The translations under genes and the position numbers were made by a program. Of a stretch of 64,000 nucleotides of DNA, positions 50,786-63,169 are shown one piece after another. The stretch is taken from assembly GCF_037042905.1 (NCBI RefSeq), contig NC_087257.1, forward strand, positions 17,732,001-17,796,000. The letters run 5' to 3'. The first letter of the stretch is position 1, and every line of letters starts with the position of its first letter. The DNA is from Lytechinus pictus. Its lineage: Eukaryota. The notes below the pieces were generated by a model that made no database searches, was not told where the DNA came from, and saw only the letters and a program-made list of their open reading frames with translations.

Positions 50786-51984
50786 TTCATTGTGACGCAT
50801 TAGAAGTGTATGGTTCGATTAGAAAACTAAAACTTCTTAAAAATCTCTGGAATGTTGACTGTATACTATAATAGAGTGGTAAGTAATTCTCTTTAGTAAA
50901 ACATTCCTTTATAGAAAAGATTAGTAGATTTGAAACAATATGAGGTGAAAATACGTGTTTTTTAAAATAAATATGGAGAGTAAAATGCACATTCATACTG
51001 GGTTTTCTCGGAGAAAAAAATGATTGACCTTTTGAATACTTAAAAATGGGGGAACATTTTGATAGGCGAAAAAAGGTAGGGGACAAGGCCCGCTTGCCCC
51101 CCCCCCCCAACCCCCTTCTATCCACCTCTGTTTGTTACCCATTATGCTATAAATGACATAAAGCATTGCATGAACAACACATGATACATGTATAAGACCA
51201 TATAAACACCCAATAACCTACCGATGTATTAAAACATGGCAAGCATAAAAAATTCCGAACCAGTGCATTAATGCAAGACTTATTCTATAGGACTATTTTG
51301 TGGCCTACAAATCAAACATAAAGCAATTATGACTTAAAATGCATAATATTTCAAAGTTTAATGTCAAACACACGAAAATAACAGAGTCGATAGTGCCACA
51401 CATCAACCATTTATTTTGTATTTTATAACAAAAGATATTTCATTAAACGCATTCGTTAAATGATGCTCTTGACTTGAATCGTATAAATTAAAATAATGGT
51501 TAATCTACAAGCTGAATGACAAGTCAACCCAAGTATCACGTTATAGGAGGAAAGGTGCAAATATTTAATATCCTATACATTAAGATACAATATATAGCGA
51601 TATGCATCGTCACCCTTTCCTCCATTTTAAAACTGCTCATGTTAACTTTTTGGTATTCGCATATTTTTGAAATACCTTAACTTTCTAATTTATGAAATCC
51701 GACTTTGATGACATTTTCAGTGTTAAAGCAATTTACTGCTGATATGGATTTTGCCTTTCATAAAATATAATTCTCTACAGAAGTTATTTTAAACCTAACT
51801 TTGAAGAATCAATGGAGTTACATCCTTTAACAAGTCCACAACTCCAGCGACATAGTTTTTATTATATATATATATTTTTCCCCTCGGTGACCTTATGAAT
51901 ACGAAAATTAGCTTATTTTGCCACGATGACTTATGAAAATATTCAGAAAAGATCGAACGACCGACTTATACGTGTACATGACAT

Positions 51985-52361
51985 GGTTTATTTAAATTCG
52001 TCTAATGCCAATTCGTCCAATTGCCAACTCGTCTACTATCATATGGTCTACCATCAGTCGTCCACTCACCACATGGTCTACTTTCATTTATTTAAACGCC
52101 ATTTCGTCTAATAATCAGTTGGTCCAATAGCCATTTAGTCATTTGGTCTCATTGGACTAAGTGTTATATTGTGCAAAATGAATGAAAACGAAATGGATAT
52201 TAGACCAACTGGTTATGAGACGAAATGGTGATTCGACGAAGTGATGATTGGACCAAATGGTTGTTAGACGAAATTTTGATGGACGTAATATCCTTAGACT
52301 AAATGAGAGTAGACCATGTGATAAATGGACGAGTTGGCAGTAGACGAATTGGCAATTTACC
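51985..52361. mobile_element. Fold-back MITE with 8-bp TSD CATGACAT (Merlin/MuDR-like)
   Basis: CATGACAT|GGT...ACC|CATGACAT. The left half is tandem (TC/TG)GTC(T/C)A units and the right half their reverse complements. Confidence 0.8.
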
Positions 52362-53371
52362 CATGACATTTCTTCTCTTATGATCTCACAGAAACAATAC
52401 TTTTTATTTTTCTGCATTTTCATAACATATTTGTCAGGGAAGACTGACATTAGTCGTGAAATGGGAATCGTAATTTTTTTTTAATAGTTAGAGATGTTAA
52501 CATCTAAAGTAAGATAGCTGTACCACTATGATATTTTATGGTACAAAACTACTTTAGATGGTTGGAAGGTTGGTGGTTGCTTTTAAAGTTCCTTCGTTTT
52601 CTTTCCGATATAAATGTAGGACACGCAGACAGAAAAGTGATAGGCCTATTGGCGCAGGAATTTCAATTTTTCAAAATTACTTGTTCCTAAATTTTAAACA
52701 AAGTCAGAAGATTATCGACGGGGAGGGGGCAATAAATAACATACAAGCGTAAATTATTGAAAACAGAAGAAATTAATAGATTAATTAAGAACAGAAATAC
52801 CTTTAATCTCGCACCGTCGCGACGGTCTCAGAATGTACGGTATAGTCACTTGGCGAAAAGCTTGCATTTGCAATGGCCCTCGACCCCGAAACGATTATGT
52901 ATCTGTTCAACAGGAACAGATGCAATCCTTATTCCTGAATTGTACCTTAAAGTTTGAACACTTTAGAGCATTTCAAGTTCTAAACAACTTTTCTCCTTTA
53001 TGTACACTTTATCTGGCTTAAGGAAATTCAATTTCATTTCTTTATAAACATGTTTTAATCCTTTTCCAACAAATCAGAATTTTCAACGTATATTCATTCG
53101 AGATCAATTTGTGACATGAGAATATAAATATATCCAAAAGTTTTTTTTTTTACAGAAAAAGGCGTGGTCCTTTTATGAGAGAATGCTCGAGATTCACAAG
53201 GAAGACCCGCCTGAATTAAGTTGCAGTGCAACTCGCTTGCATTTTGGAACTAGAAAGGGGAAGATCCCCGTCCTGTGTAACTTATAATATGACTATTAAC
53301 AATCTTTTTCGATGGTGACATCATTCCGGGTTTCACTTGTGCATCTTTCAATTTTCAATCAACAAGATATC

Positions 53372-54505
53372 TTAAACATTGGACGACGATGCTGTAAGTC
53401 TCTTTTGATCCTTAGCAGTGACTTCTCCGAAAAGAGGAACTAATATCTTAGAATCGCTCCTGAACATATCACATATGGCCCGACGAAATTTAGGGTAACG
53501 AATGGTGTATATGAAAACGTTGGCACAGGAGTTCATAAACGCGAGGACGACAAGAGATCGATGAAGAGTGCCGTACAAGAATGAGATGTCAAGAAGTCCC
53601 AGGTTGAACATCAGGAAAAAGATTTGATCAGGTCCCCAGCAGAAGATAAATACCGTTATCACGAGCAGAAGCATACTGACGACGCGCTTTCTAGCGGCGA
53701 TGTGGTTAGCATTTGATCGGTCATTGATTGAGCTACCTTCCTGGAACCGAAAAGACTGCCTATGTAGAATGACTGCTGTCATTGTCTGCGTTGAGATCAT
53801 TACCGTTATTGGAACGACAAACTCTATCATGAAAACAAAAACGCCGATCGTGTACTGAGCATTCTGTGACGGAAATACGACGACACATGTATTTTCTGCC
53901 GCAAAACCTACAACAATCTGAAAGCTATTTGTTACAACTGCAGCAACCCAAATGATCAGGATGCAGATAGAGGTGCGAGAAGAGTTGACGTGTTTCATGA
54001 AGAAGAATGGATATGCGATAGCGAGGTAGCGATCCATGGATATTGCTGTTAGTGTAAATACGGAAGCAACAACGGCTATCCACAAGACAAGAGAAGAGTG
54101 GATGACAAGACAGTAGACCTGAGACAGCCACCCGTCACTTGGTAAGGTATCAATCTGTGGGTGCGGTACGAGGAACACGGAGGTCAAAAAGTCGGCGAAG
54201 GCCAGACCACCAATGAGGGTGTCGGTAGACCTACGAACCTTTCGTCTGCTGTACAAGACCAACATAACCAGAAGGTTTCCAAAGATTCCAAGTATTGCAG
54301 ATACCAGTTGAAGAATGTTCCACCAGGACCACTGCATCGGAAACCATTTCCAGTGCGCTGCGACCCCGTCGTAATCTCGGCGAACGGTTGGATAACCTTC
54401 CATAAACGTAGAAAATGGCAATAGATCAGTGGAGCTCTCATTTTCTGTCATCATAAAAGTAGCGTTTTCGTCGAACCTCTGAGCCATTGTCTTAGTATCA
54501 ATCAT
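53372..54505 (-). CDS. Class A GPCR-3, intronless CDS, 377 aa
   Basis: GIFGN, LAFADF, SMDRY, CWGP, NVFIY; N-terminal N-glycosylation sequons NAT and NES. Confidence 0.95.
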   Translation of the reverse strand: MIDTKTMAQRFDENATFMMTENESSTDLLPFSTFMEGYPTVRRDYDGVAAHWKWFPMQWSWWNILQLVSAILGIFGNLLVMLVLYSRRKVRRSTDTLIGGLAFADFLTSVFLVPHPQIDTLPSDGWLSQVYCLVIHSSLVLWIAVVASVFTLTAISMDRYLAIAYPFFFMKHVNSSRTSICILIIWVAAVVTNSFQIVVGFAAENTCVVVFPSQNAQYTIGVFVFMIEFVVPITVMISTQTMTAVILHRQSFRFQEGSSINDRSNANHIAARKRVVSMLLLVITVFIFCWGPDQIFFLMFNLGLLDISFLYGTLHRSLVVLAFMNSCANVFIYTIRYPKFRRAICDMFRSDSKILVPLFGEVTAKDQKRLTASSSNV

Positions 54506-54621
54506 CAGGCAAACAGATTTAAGAAGTTGAGGTGGAAAGGGATACTTTTAGAAGAAAAGTAATGTGCATCTCATCAGCACGCGTAGATAACATGTGAAGA
54601 GACATTTCTTAGAGTTCGAGA

Positions 54622-54629
54622 TTTATATA
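54622..54629 (-). promoter_or_regulatory. Candidate TATA box of GPCR-3
   Basis: CTATATAAAT about 117 nt upstream of the ATG. Confidence 0.45.
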
Positions 54630-57624
54630 GTTTCATTTGACAGTATCGATTGATCTGATATGGAACCTATCAAGCTTGAGAATCATTGTACTGTATTTCT
54701 AAGGACAAACATTGGTTTCACGTCAAGGCCAGCAGTCCTGCATCTCGTTGATGCAGATTTGCATTACGAAGTGGCCAGAGGAAATACTACTTTTAATAAA
54801 ACGCCTAGGTAGCTGTCAAACAAATTCTATTTCATTTTGATAGAAGAACAAATACCGCTTATGAATGGTTTCTTTTAAAAAAGACTGGAACTTAATTTTG
54901 TCAGAGTTGTCACATCACCTCGTTGACAGGTAACCAAATTTGATGAATACGCTTAAAAATCATAAACTAAGAATTATCCATGTCAGAGCAGGTGAGTGAA
55001 ATGATTTATTATTTGTTAGACACTCATTTATTAACAGGGTGAACTAATTCTCATAACCAAGATCATATACGTCGACAGCACGATTGCCTAATAAGTGATT
55101 GACATCATAAGTGATATATGGGAAATAACAGTTTTTATGAAATGTAAAATGCAATATTGGGATTGTGATCAACCCAACTCCAATGACCTCAGGGAATTCA
55201 AGTCTATGACAAGATGATGTCATTTTCAGGTCATGGTACCACTATCAAAAATATGTTGGCTCCGCCCATTTTCTAGTGTATCTAATGACAAACCGCCAAC
55301 TAAAGCTCAGAGAAAAGTAAATTAATCTTGCCACAATTGACATAATGGACAATACACAGTTTCTGGATGCAGATATACGTTCAAACATTGGCCAAAAGTG
55401 GACGTCGAGAGAATGATACAGGCAACGTTCTCGCAAAATTCACTACAAAAGCGTTGAGTCTCCATCGTTAAACGAAAGAATATGAGGGTTCCTTTCACGA
55501 GAAGCAGATGTCTTGCTTCAAGGTCTTTTGATTAATTGATTGATAACGAATTTATTTCATTTAAATTTTCAAAACAAAATTACAGAATAAAGCGAATCAT
55601 AATAAAACAACGAAATGAAAAGGGAACCTTCTGGAAATCAAAGCTTATTATTGAAGGTTCCCTTCAATGAATAAAAATAAGTATGAGACATATTAATACA
55701 AAATACAAAGTACAATATACGTATATTATACAAATTGAATATGAAATTGAATATAAATGCCTGTAAAATATATAAAGCGTTTTATCATTCTCCCAAATAC
55801 GGATAACTACAAGATATGATAAGACAAGTGAAAAGGACACACGTAACAAAACGTTGCAAGTACAGGACATAACGGAACCGAACGGTACAAGAACAATTGC
55901 ACATTCTTCTTCAGTAGATTGAGGGGCTGAATGGATAATTACCTCAAAAGAAAGAAATGACCAGATCACAAAAGTCATTGTGTGATATATTTATTAATGA
56001 TGGTGATGAACTCACGCAAAAAGCGGCGGCAATTAACAGGTACTTACATCGAACAAAGTGGTGATTATAAATATTCGTCAAGGATTCTCAGAAAGTGAAA
56101 TCCGTATTGAAAACAATTGTAGGGAATAAGCTGTTAATACTTTTTTAACGAAAAAACAAACAATAAATGAATAAATGAAAATTCATATTCACCGAGTAAC
56201 AACGAAGTATCACAATAACAAAGTGATTTGTGACGGGGCTATAAACACGACTACATTAATTAATACGACAATGTTTTAAACAACGTGGCAACTTTATTAC
56301 ATACAAGATGGAAACTGGGAATTGATCATAGCGTCTGAAAATAATTAGCCATCTTGATATTAATCGAAATGAATTGCATAGGATTTGATAAAATTATGCA
56401 CGGTATGATTTCGAAGAAAAAAGCAATGTCGACATTGTTGATAAGCGTCATATCCAATGTCATATTATTGTCGTCATGGTTAAGGCCCCGTCACAACTTA
56501 ACTTTTTATTTTCTTCTTAGTTTTTGTTTTGTTAAAGAAGAAGTAACATCTCCTTCTCAATCTCCAATGAAACGAGGCAATGGAACGAGGTATATTATAC
56601 CACTTTAGCATATATTTAGCTGCGACATTTGGGAGTTTCGCTCAATGATGCACGACGTATTCAACAACATAGAAAATATATTGTCAAATAAACAATGAAC
56701 AACCAAGAAGTCTTTGTCGAATATTGGTGAATGAAAACCACTTTCAAAACATTTTCGTCCTGGACTCTTGGCAGACGGCATATTTGCAATTTTTCGTCAG
56801 CTCCGGAACTCGGGACGAAACTGCTGGTCCGGTTCACCAATTAACGACAACGACCTCCCGGCTGTTCATTGTACTTTGACGGAGATTTTCAATACATTTG
56901 ATGTGTTCTTGAATCCGTTGTTTGTCGAGGAGTGGAAACTCCCTATCATCACCAGATCAAATGCAAATAGTCTCTCCGACCCTGCATTTAATACTGAATA
57001 GTTTTTGGAATAGTATTATGATATGCCAATCCATTCATGTATCACCTTCATAACATAAATACCATTACATCAATAGCAACCTAACAGTGACTAAGAGAGG
57101 AAAAACGATGAACTAAGACCTGGAGATCAATAAAAAAAAGAATCCCCGCCTAAATGACCTTGCACCAATTCATTTGATTCCCATAACTATTATTTAATGG
57201 TCATGTTTATGCTATAGGGTTAGGGTCACACCAACGAAACCGATTCCAAACCGATCGATCGTATGTCATTGGAAATAACAGAAGAGCTGTAATCGATCTC
57301 AGAGGTGTTTCACAGGTGTGACTGAGTTACAACACTGATATATATATTACATACATGTCTTCGTAGTTTCTCTCGCAAATGGATTTTAGAGTCTCTCTGC
57401 ATGTTATGTATGTCTACTTTCAAAATTCAATCATTTTTATGTCCAAACATCATTTCGTTACATGGCGACCCAAAAATCTCACAATATTGTTGGGACTCTT
57501 CAAAAAATGATTTAATTGGTTAGTTGTGTAATTCATGCTTTTTCAACACCTTTATCTGTACAAATTTATATTCTCATAATATATGTCCTATCTTGTAATA
57601 CTTAAAATCCAAAAGGTGAAATTG

Positions 57625-58248
57625 TTAAAGGAAAAGTCTATCCTAACAACAACAAAAAAAAGTTAATTTGAAATAAAAGAGAAAAATTCAACTAGCATAA
57701 CACTGAAAATTTTTCATTAAAATCGGATGTGAAATAAAAAAGTTATGACATTGTTTCGCTTAATTTCACAAAACAGTTATATTCACATCCTGGTTGGTAT
57801 GCGAATGAGGGGACTGATGACATCACCGCTCACTATTTCTTTTGTATATTATTATATGAAATATGAATTATATTTTTATCCTCATTGTCCCGTGAAAGTT
57901 TTATTCCTCCCTGAAAATGTGGTATTACCATTACCTTAACATTTTATGGTGAAGTCGAGTTGGTCCTTAATGTCAAATCTGTAAACAAAAAAGAAATATT
58001 GCTTATTTCAAACAATAAACAAACAAAAGAAACAGAGAGTGAGGGGCATCATCGACTATCCCATTTTCATGTCAACGATTTATGGATATAACTGTTTGGT
58101 GAAAAAAATAATGAAGGAAACAGGAAAATGTCATAATTTGTTTATTTTGCCTCCAATTTTGATGAAATTTTTAGCGTTATTATATGCTTCTTTGATTTTT
58201 CTCTGTTGATTCAAATCAACACTTTCTGGATTGGAATTGACCTTTTAA
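57625..58248. mobile_element. About 620-bp TTAA-target (Kolobok-like) MITE, diverged
   Basis: TTAAAGGAAAAGTCTATCC ... GGATTGGAATTGACCTTTTAA with long imperfect inverted arms. A more decayed relative lies near 51500-51830. Confidence 0.65.
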
Positions 58249-58810
58249 GTGTCTAAAAGGAATGCAAATCATTCTAAAATAAGCGTAATGCTATGATATA
58301 GAACTAAAAATACACCAAATAATATTATATCAATAAATTTTTGTTAATGTTACACATTTCTTTCATCTGGTGCATGACAGCCTCCTCTGTTGAATAATTC
58401 AAGAAAGCCATTGAATCACATCTATTTTGCTAAAAAAGGATAACAAATTGCATGGTCTAAGCTGACCATTCTGAGGTGTTTAATTATTGTTTTATTGGCC
58501 CGAACATGGAGTAGTGTGTGCGCAATGCTCTGTAACCAAACAGAAAATGTGCTATATCAAATGACTTTTGATTGGATTGGATGACGTATGTTTTATGTGA
58601 ATAAGTAGCATTTTGAAAGTCACTCTATAGGCCTACATGATATCATGGATATTGGTGAAATTATCGAACGCAAATCCGTTCGCTATGACAGTCATATGCA
58701 CTGACGAAACCGACATCACGTTTACTATTACCAGTGACATACCATCTGTCGGTTTTGATGAGTCGGTTTCGTTGGTGTGACTGTAATAGCGTCATAAGTC
58801 AATAACTAGC

Positions 58811-59106
58811 GTATTTTAGCATCCACTCCGCAGACGCTTTCTGAAACGTTCAGGATCTATTGACAATGCCTGTCAAATCAGAACCGACAGATTTAGAGGT
58901 CATTGTCGAAAGTTGTTGGACCGGGACAGCATGTCTTAAGATTCGGACCGGACGAACAATTGCAAACATGTCGCTTTTCCAGAGTGCAGGACGACACTGC
59001 AGTTTTGATTCACTGATTTTCGACAAAGGCTGCGTTTTTGTAAAGGGCTTTTGACTAAACATTATCTGCGTTATACAAAGCGTCTGTGAAGTGGATGCTA
59101 AAATAC
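58811..59106. mobile_element. About 300-bp MITE
   Basis: 30-bp TIR GTATTTTAGCATCCACTCCGCAGACGCTTT / AAAGCGTCTGTGAAGTGGATGCTAAAATAC with two mismatches. Confidence 0.8.
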
Positions 59107-59388
59107 AGGCAAGCCTCTCCCCCCCCCCAAAAAAAAAAATAATAAATAGATAAATGAAAATAGTCATCACTTGAAATAAAGGGCGTTTCTTTCGTGTCCA
59201 AAAAAAATTGACAAAAAGGGTACAATTCTTTGTTATGGGGTACGCAATGAAAGCATTTGTGCAAAGTTATATTTTCAAATTTTACAGGATGCATGCACCT
59301 GCACCCCCCCCCCCCGCCTCACCATGATCCACTCCTGAATTTTTCAAGGATTCAATTTTCTATACAAGAAAAGACGCGCATCTGTAAT

Positions 59389-59536
59389 TCACACTGTGTT
59401 CTTGTCTTCGGATACCGTGGAGGAAAGAACAGTACTCTTGGTGGCACCATCTCCTTCGTCTTGGTCAAATAGAGGGCGCTGCTCAATACGTTTCCTCTTG
59501 AACATGTCTTTGACAGCCTTCCTGAATTGAGGATAC
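59389..59536 (-). CDS. Class A GPCR-4, last coding exon (helix 8 and C-terminal tail)
   Basis: aacag|G TAT CCT... encodes (R)YPQFRKAVKDMFKRKRIEQRPLFDQDEGDGATKSTVLSSTVSEDKNTV*, matching paralog tails RYPRFREALKDLF...PIFG and RYPKFRRAICDMF...PLFG. Confidence 0.9.
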
Positions 59537-60099
59537 CTGTTGGATTAAAGCAGGATATACATTCCAGAACTGTACCAAATCACAATAAGAGCCCTTTATC
59601 AATGTGAGGTCTTCACGGTTTAGGCCTACCTTAAACATTCTTATTTGTTGTTTCCATAAAAATGGCAAAAACATACTTGTCGAAACGTCGAATTTATGTG
59701 GCCCTTTCGGAACCAATTATTTACGCCCACCCCTCCCCCCCCCCCAAAAAAAAAGAGAATAGGTCGATGTGGAGTACCTTAAAAGCTTCCACTTGATTTA
59801 TTATTTGCCATGGAAGCCCTCGAAGGTACGTACTTCATCACTGGATATGATTTTTTTTCTCAAGTTAAAGATACATTTGATGTAGGGGGCCAAGTAGAAT
59901 ATGTTCATTTGATATTGGTACAATGCTTGGAGCCATGGCTATTGAAAAGCTGAGTTAAGGATACTTATCAGTCCTTTGGAGAAAAAGGTCTACAATTTCT
60001 CTTGAGGCATAGTATCATGGTGATGACACAAAAAGCAGTATAAATCTAGGCTTGATTTGTTCAAATGGGAAAAAACGAAATGATAAACATAATGTATAC

Positions 60100-61166
60100 C
60101 TGGCAGTATAGATGATCGGGTTCGCGCACGAGTTGACGTAAGCCACGACTACGAAGCTCCAGTAGATATGTTGATCAAGAAGTTGGTTTCCCCTGACGAT
60201 GATGATCTGCGTGATCAGCAATCCAAGCTGAGCTGGTGTCCAACTGAGGAGGAACGTGATGATAACAATCAGAACCAGATTAATGACACGGTTGCGAGCA
60301 ATTCGAAGGCGATATGCCGGATCGCTTTCATCCGATCTGCTGCTCTCTTTGTTGAAGTTATCCGCTTCTCGGTGAAGTCGGCGAACCACCGCGAGTTGGG
60401 TGACCACCATGATCACGACAGGAGCGAGGAAGGATGCGGTTAGATAAGCCACCGCGCTTGGAATCTGAACACCCGGTGGAAGAGGTTTGTAGGAGCACAG
60501 GTACCGAACGGGGTCCACGTACGCGAAGAATGCCAGATAGGTTGTGATCGCCGCGGAGAGGATCCACAGCGCGATGACGTACATCACCGTGCGGGACTTG
60601 GTAAATGTGAAGCGGTAACGTATCGGATACATTACCGCGGTATACCGCTGCACGGATAACGCGGTCAGGGTGAACACTGACGCGGTTATGCAGGTGCGGA
60701 GAAGCGCGTCGGTACCGAATAGGTAACAGTAGAACTTCGTCATCCACAGATACGGCGTCGTTAGCAAATATGGACGCGGTAATATAATGAGGGACGTCAA
60801 CAGGTCGGCCGCTGCCAATGCCGCTATGAGTGTATCGGTAGAGCTTTTGGCTTTGCGTCTGCTGTAAAGAACCACGATGACTAGAAGATTACCGGAGACA
60901 CCAACGAATCCAAAGATCAGTTGAAAAAATCGGTACCAGTCGCGGAATTTGAATTCATGCCATATCCAGACAGGAACATGGGGTCGCTCTGCTTCAGTCG
61001 AACCCTCTGTGATGTTGGGGAACTCCGTGAACACTTTTTCTTCGAGTACGGACATGGTTTGTGTCATGTAGGTCGAATCGCTGCCATTGTTGAAGTCAGT
61101 GGAATAGCAGGAGTTAGAGAATGACAAGATGCAGATCAATGATGTGAAAACGTGGAGCAGTGCCAT
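60100..61166 (-). CDS. Class A GPCR-4, main coding exon (signal peptide to TM7)
   Basis: ATG at 61166 after an acceptor cacag|; leader MALLHVFTSLICILSFSNSCYS; motifs GVSGN, LAAADL, SVQRY, SWTP, NPIIY; phase 2 donor CAG|GTATAC. Confidence 0.93.
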
Positions 61167-62536
61167 TCTTCTCCTGTGAGAAATAATTTGACATATGTAA
61201 TATTTAGCCCTATGCATCTTGAAAGATTTTGATTAAAGTTTTTTTTTCAATTTACAATGAATATTTTTACTCATGAAGGATATTATACGGGTACATAAAT
61301 AATGGACTGTAGTCAGCATGTTACATTATCTGCATGGTGGTAAAACACAACTTTAGCTGACCCTGAATATTCGGAGGAAACAAAATCTGAGAGAAACGGA
61401 GGTGATATTGGCAGAACATGCAGAATAAGGGCTTATAACTGCTAAAACTGCTGACGTCCGTTGTTCTGGGGTTCGATATTCCAAATATTTCACACACTGC
61501 ATTGCGATAACAATTCACTTGCTGTGATAGGTCATATTTTCGATTACATTTTGCAACAATATGTATTCAGTCTTATTCTAATTCATTTACATATTATTTG
61601 CATTTCACCACGCTTATATTCTTTTCACATTCATACTTAGAATTACGTTCATAACAATTGAATGTATGAAATAAGTTTGAGTTGTGTGCACAAAGTCGAA
61701 GAGAAGAATTTCCACAAAATTATCTGAAGACCTATCCCTTGGAAACACGACGTGATTTATACATGCATTTAGACTTTTCGCATCATAATTAGCGAATTGC
61801 TTTCTATTTTGTAAATAGTAATTGAACCATATAATGCCATATTATACATTTCCTTAAAAAAAGAAACACCAATGAAGGTAAGAATGGTGACGGTAGGCCT
61901 TTAGATATTTATCTATTTTTGTGAAGGCTTCTGAAACGATAAATCATTGTATTATTTCATTTTAACTGAAACACTATTGTATTTGAGGAGTCGCACTAAT
62001 GGCTCAATCACTTTTTACAAAATTTGATAGAATAAATCCTGTGCCACTTTCACGTGGTATCCCCAAGGAATACCACGTGATATATAACGTTTATTTTCGT
62101 TGTGCATCAATAATCTTTTAAGTTCTTCAAATTGTTTAGATTTCTAACTCTACTATGGGAATAACTACAATTTAATTGTAATGAATATTATATTGACTTA
62201 AGCATAAGCATAATATTGTAACTTAAATGAATAGGCAATTAGTGTAAATAAAACGAAATACATATTTTCTTATAAAAACATTATGTCCTATATCAGAACA
62301 ATAATTATTTCTTGGGATGTGTATTGACTATTGACAACAACCTGACATGAAAATGGACAAATGCAATCAACCCTCGCTACCATCAGTTCGGTAAAAAGGA
62401 GGTTGGGTCACACAACTGAAAAAAACGGTAAAAGACCATCTAAACACAAAAAGTCATTAAATTGCTTTACGATCTTGATATTTAATCGGTGCGAATATAA
62501 ATTACATCTCCATCAATCTTCAAAGAGTTACGTTTA

Positions 62537-63121
62537 AGGTGAATGAAACCTTTGGAACAAGATAGCTTGTATGAAAACAGAAAAATCAAAGAAACAGATC
62601 AACGAAAGTTTGAGAAAAATCCGACAAATAATGAGAAAGTTATGAGCATTTGAATATTGCGATCACTAATGCTATGGAGATCCTCACATTGGCAATGCGA
62701 CAAATATGTGTGATGTCACTTGTGAACAACTCTCCCCATTACTTCAGTATATATTTCACTTAAACTGCCTCTTTCATTACATCTATAAGTAGATCATGTA
62801 TTATTTTTATAGGAGGGCATGTAAAACAGATTTTTAAAGAATACATCATGGATAAAGAGTTTGTATCACCATAAGAAAAAGCAAAAAGGGACATTTTGGT
62901 GGTATTTTATAGTCCTTCAAAGGGAAAGTTGTTCACACGTGACATCACACATCTTTGTCGCATTGCCAATAGGAGGATCTCCATGGCATTAGTGATTGCA
63001 ATATTCAAATGCTCGTAACTTTCTCATTATGTGTCCGATTTTTTTCAAACTTTCGTTGACCTGTCTCTTTGATTTTTCTGTTTTCACACAAGCTATCTTG
63101 TTCCAAAGGTTTCATTCTCCT
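62537..63121. mobile_element. 585-bp fold-back MITE, TTAA target (Kolobok-like)
   Basis: About 200-bp high-identity inverted arms: AGGTGAATGAAACCTTTGGAACAAGATAGCTTG... / ...CAAGCTATCTTGTTCCAAAGGTTTCATTCTCCT|TTAA. Confidence 0.9.
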
Positions 63122-63169
63122 TTAATATGATGTCCGTAAATAGAACCGGTAGTGTTTGTGTTTGGCATT

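Noticed and set aside
55620-55665. 12-bp stem-loop AAGGGAACCTTC...GAAGGTTCCCTT as terminator or miRNA
   Set aside because: Stem too short for a pre-miRNA and bacterial terminators do not apply; the context resembles a decayed LINE 3' UTR hairpin.
18842-59398. Other CACAGTG/CACTGTG heptamers (near 18842, 41463, 59392)
   Set aside because: No paired end, no nonamer-like tract and no TSD; expected by chance.
60015-60099. ORF-track C-terminus of GPCR-4 (YTLCLSFRFF...)
   Set aside because: Intron read-through; the paralog-like tail is at 59389-59536.
27987-61124. Antisense and alternative-frame ORFs overlapping the GPCR and Gypsy coding regions
   Set aside because: Shadow ORFs expected from GC-richer coding sequence.
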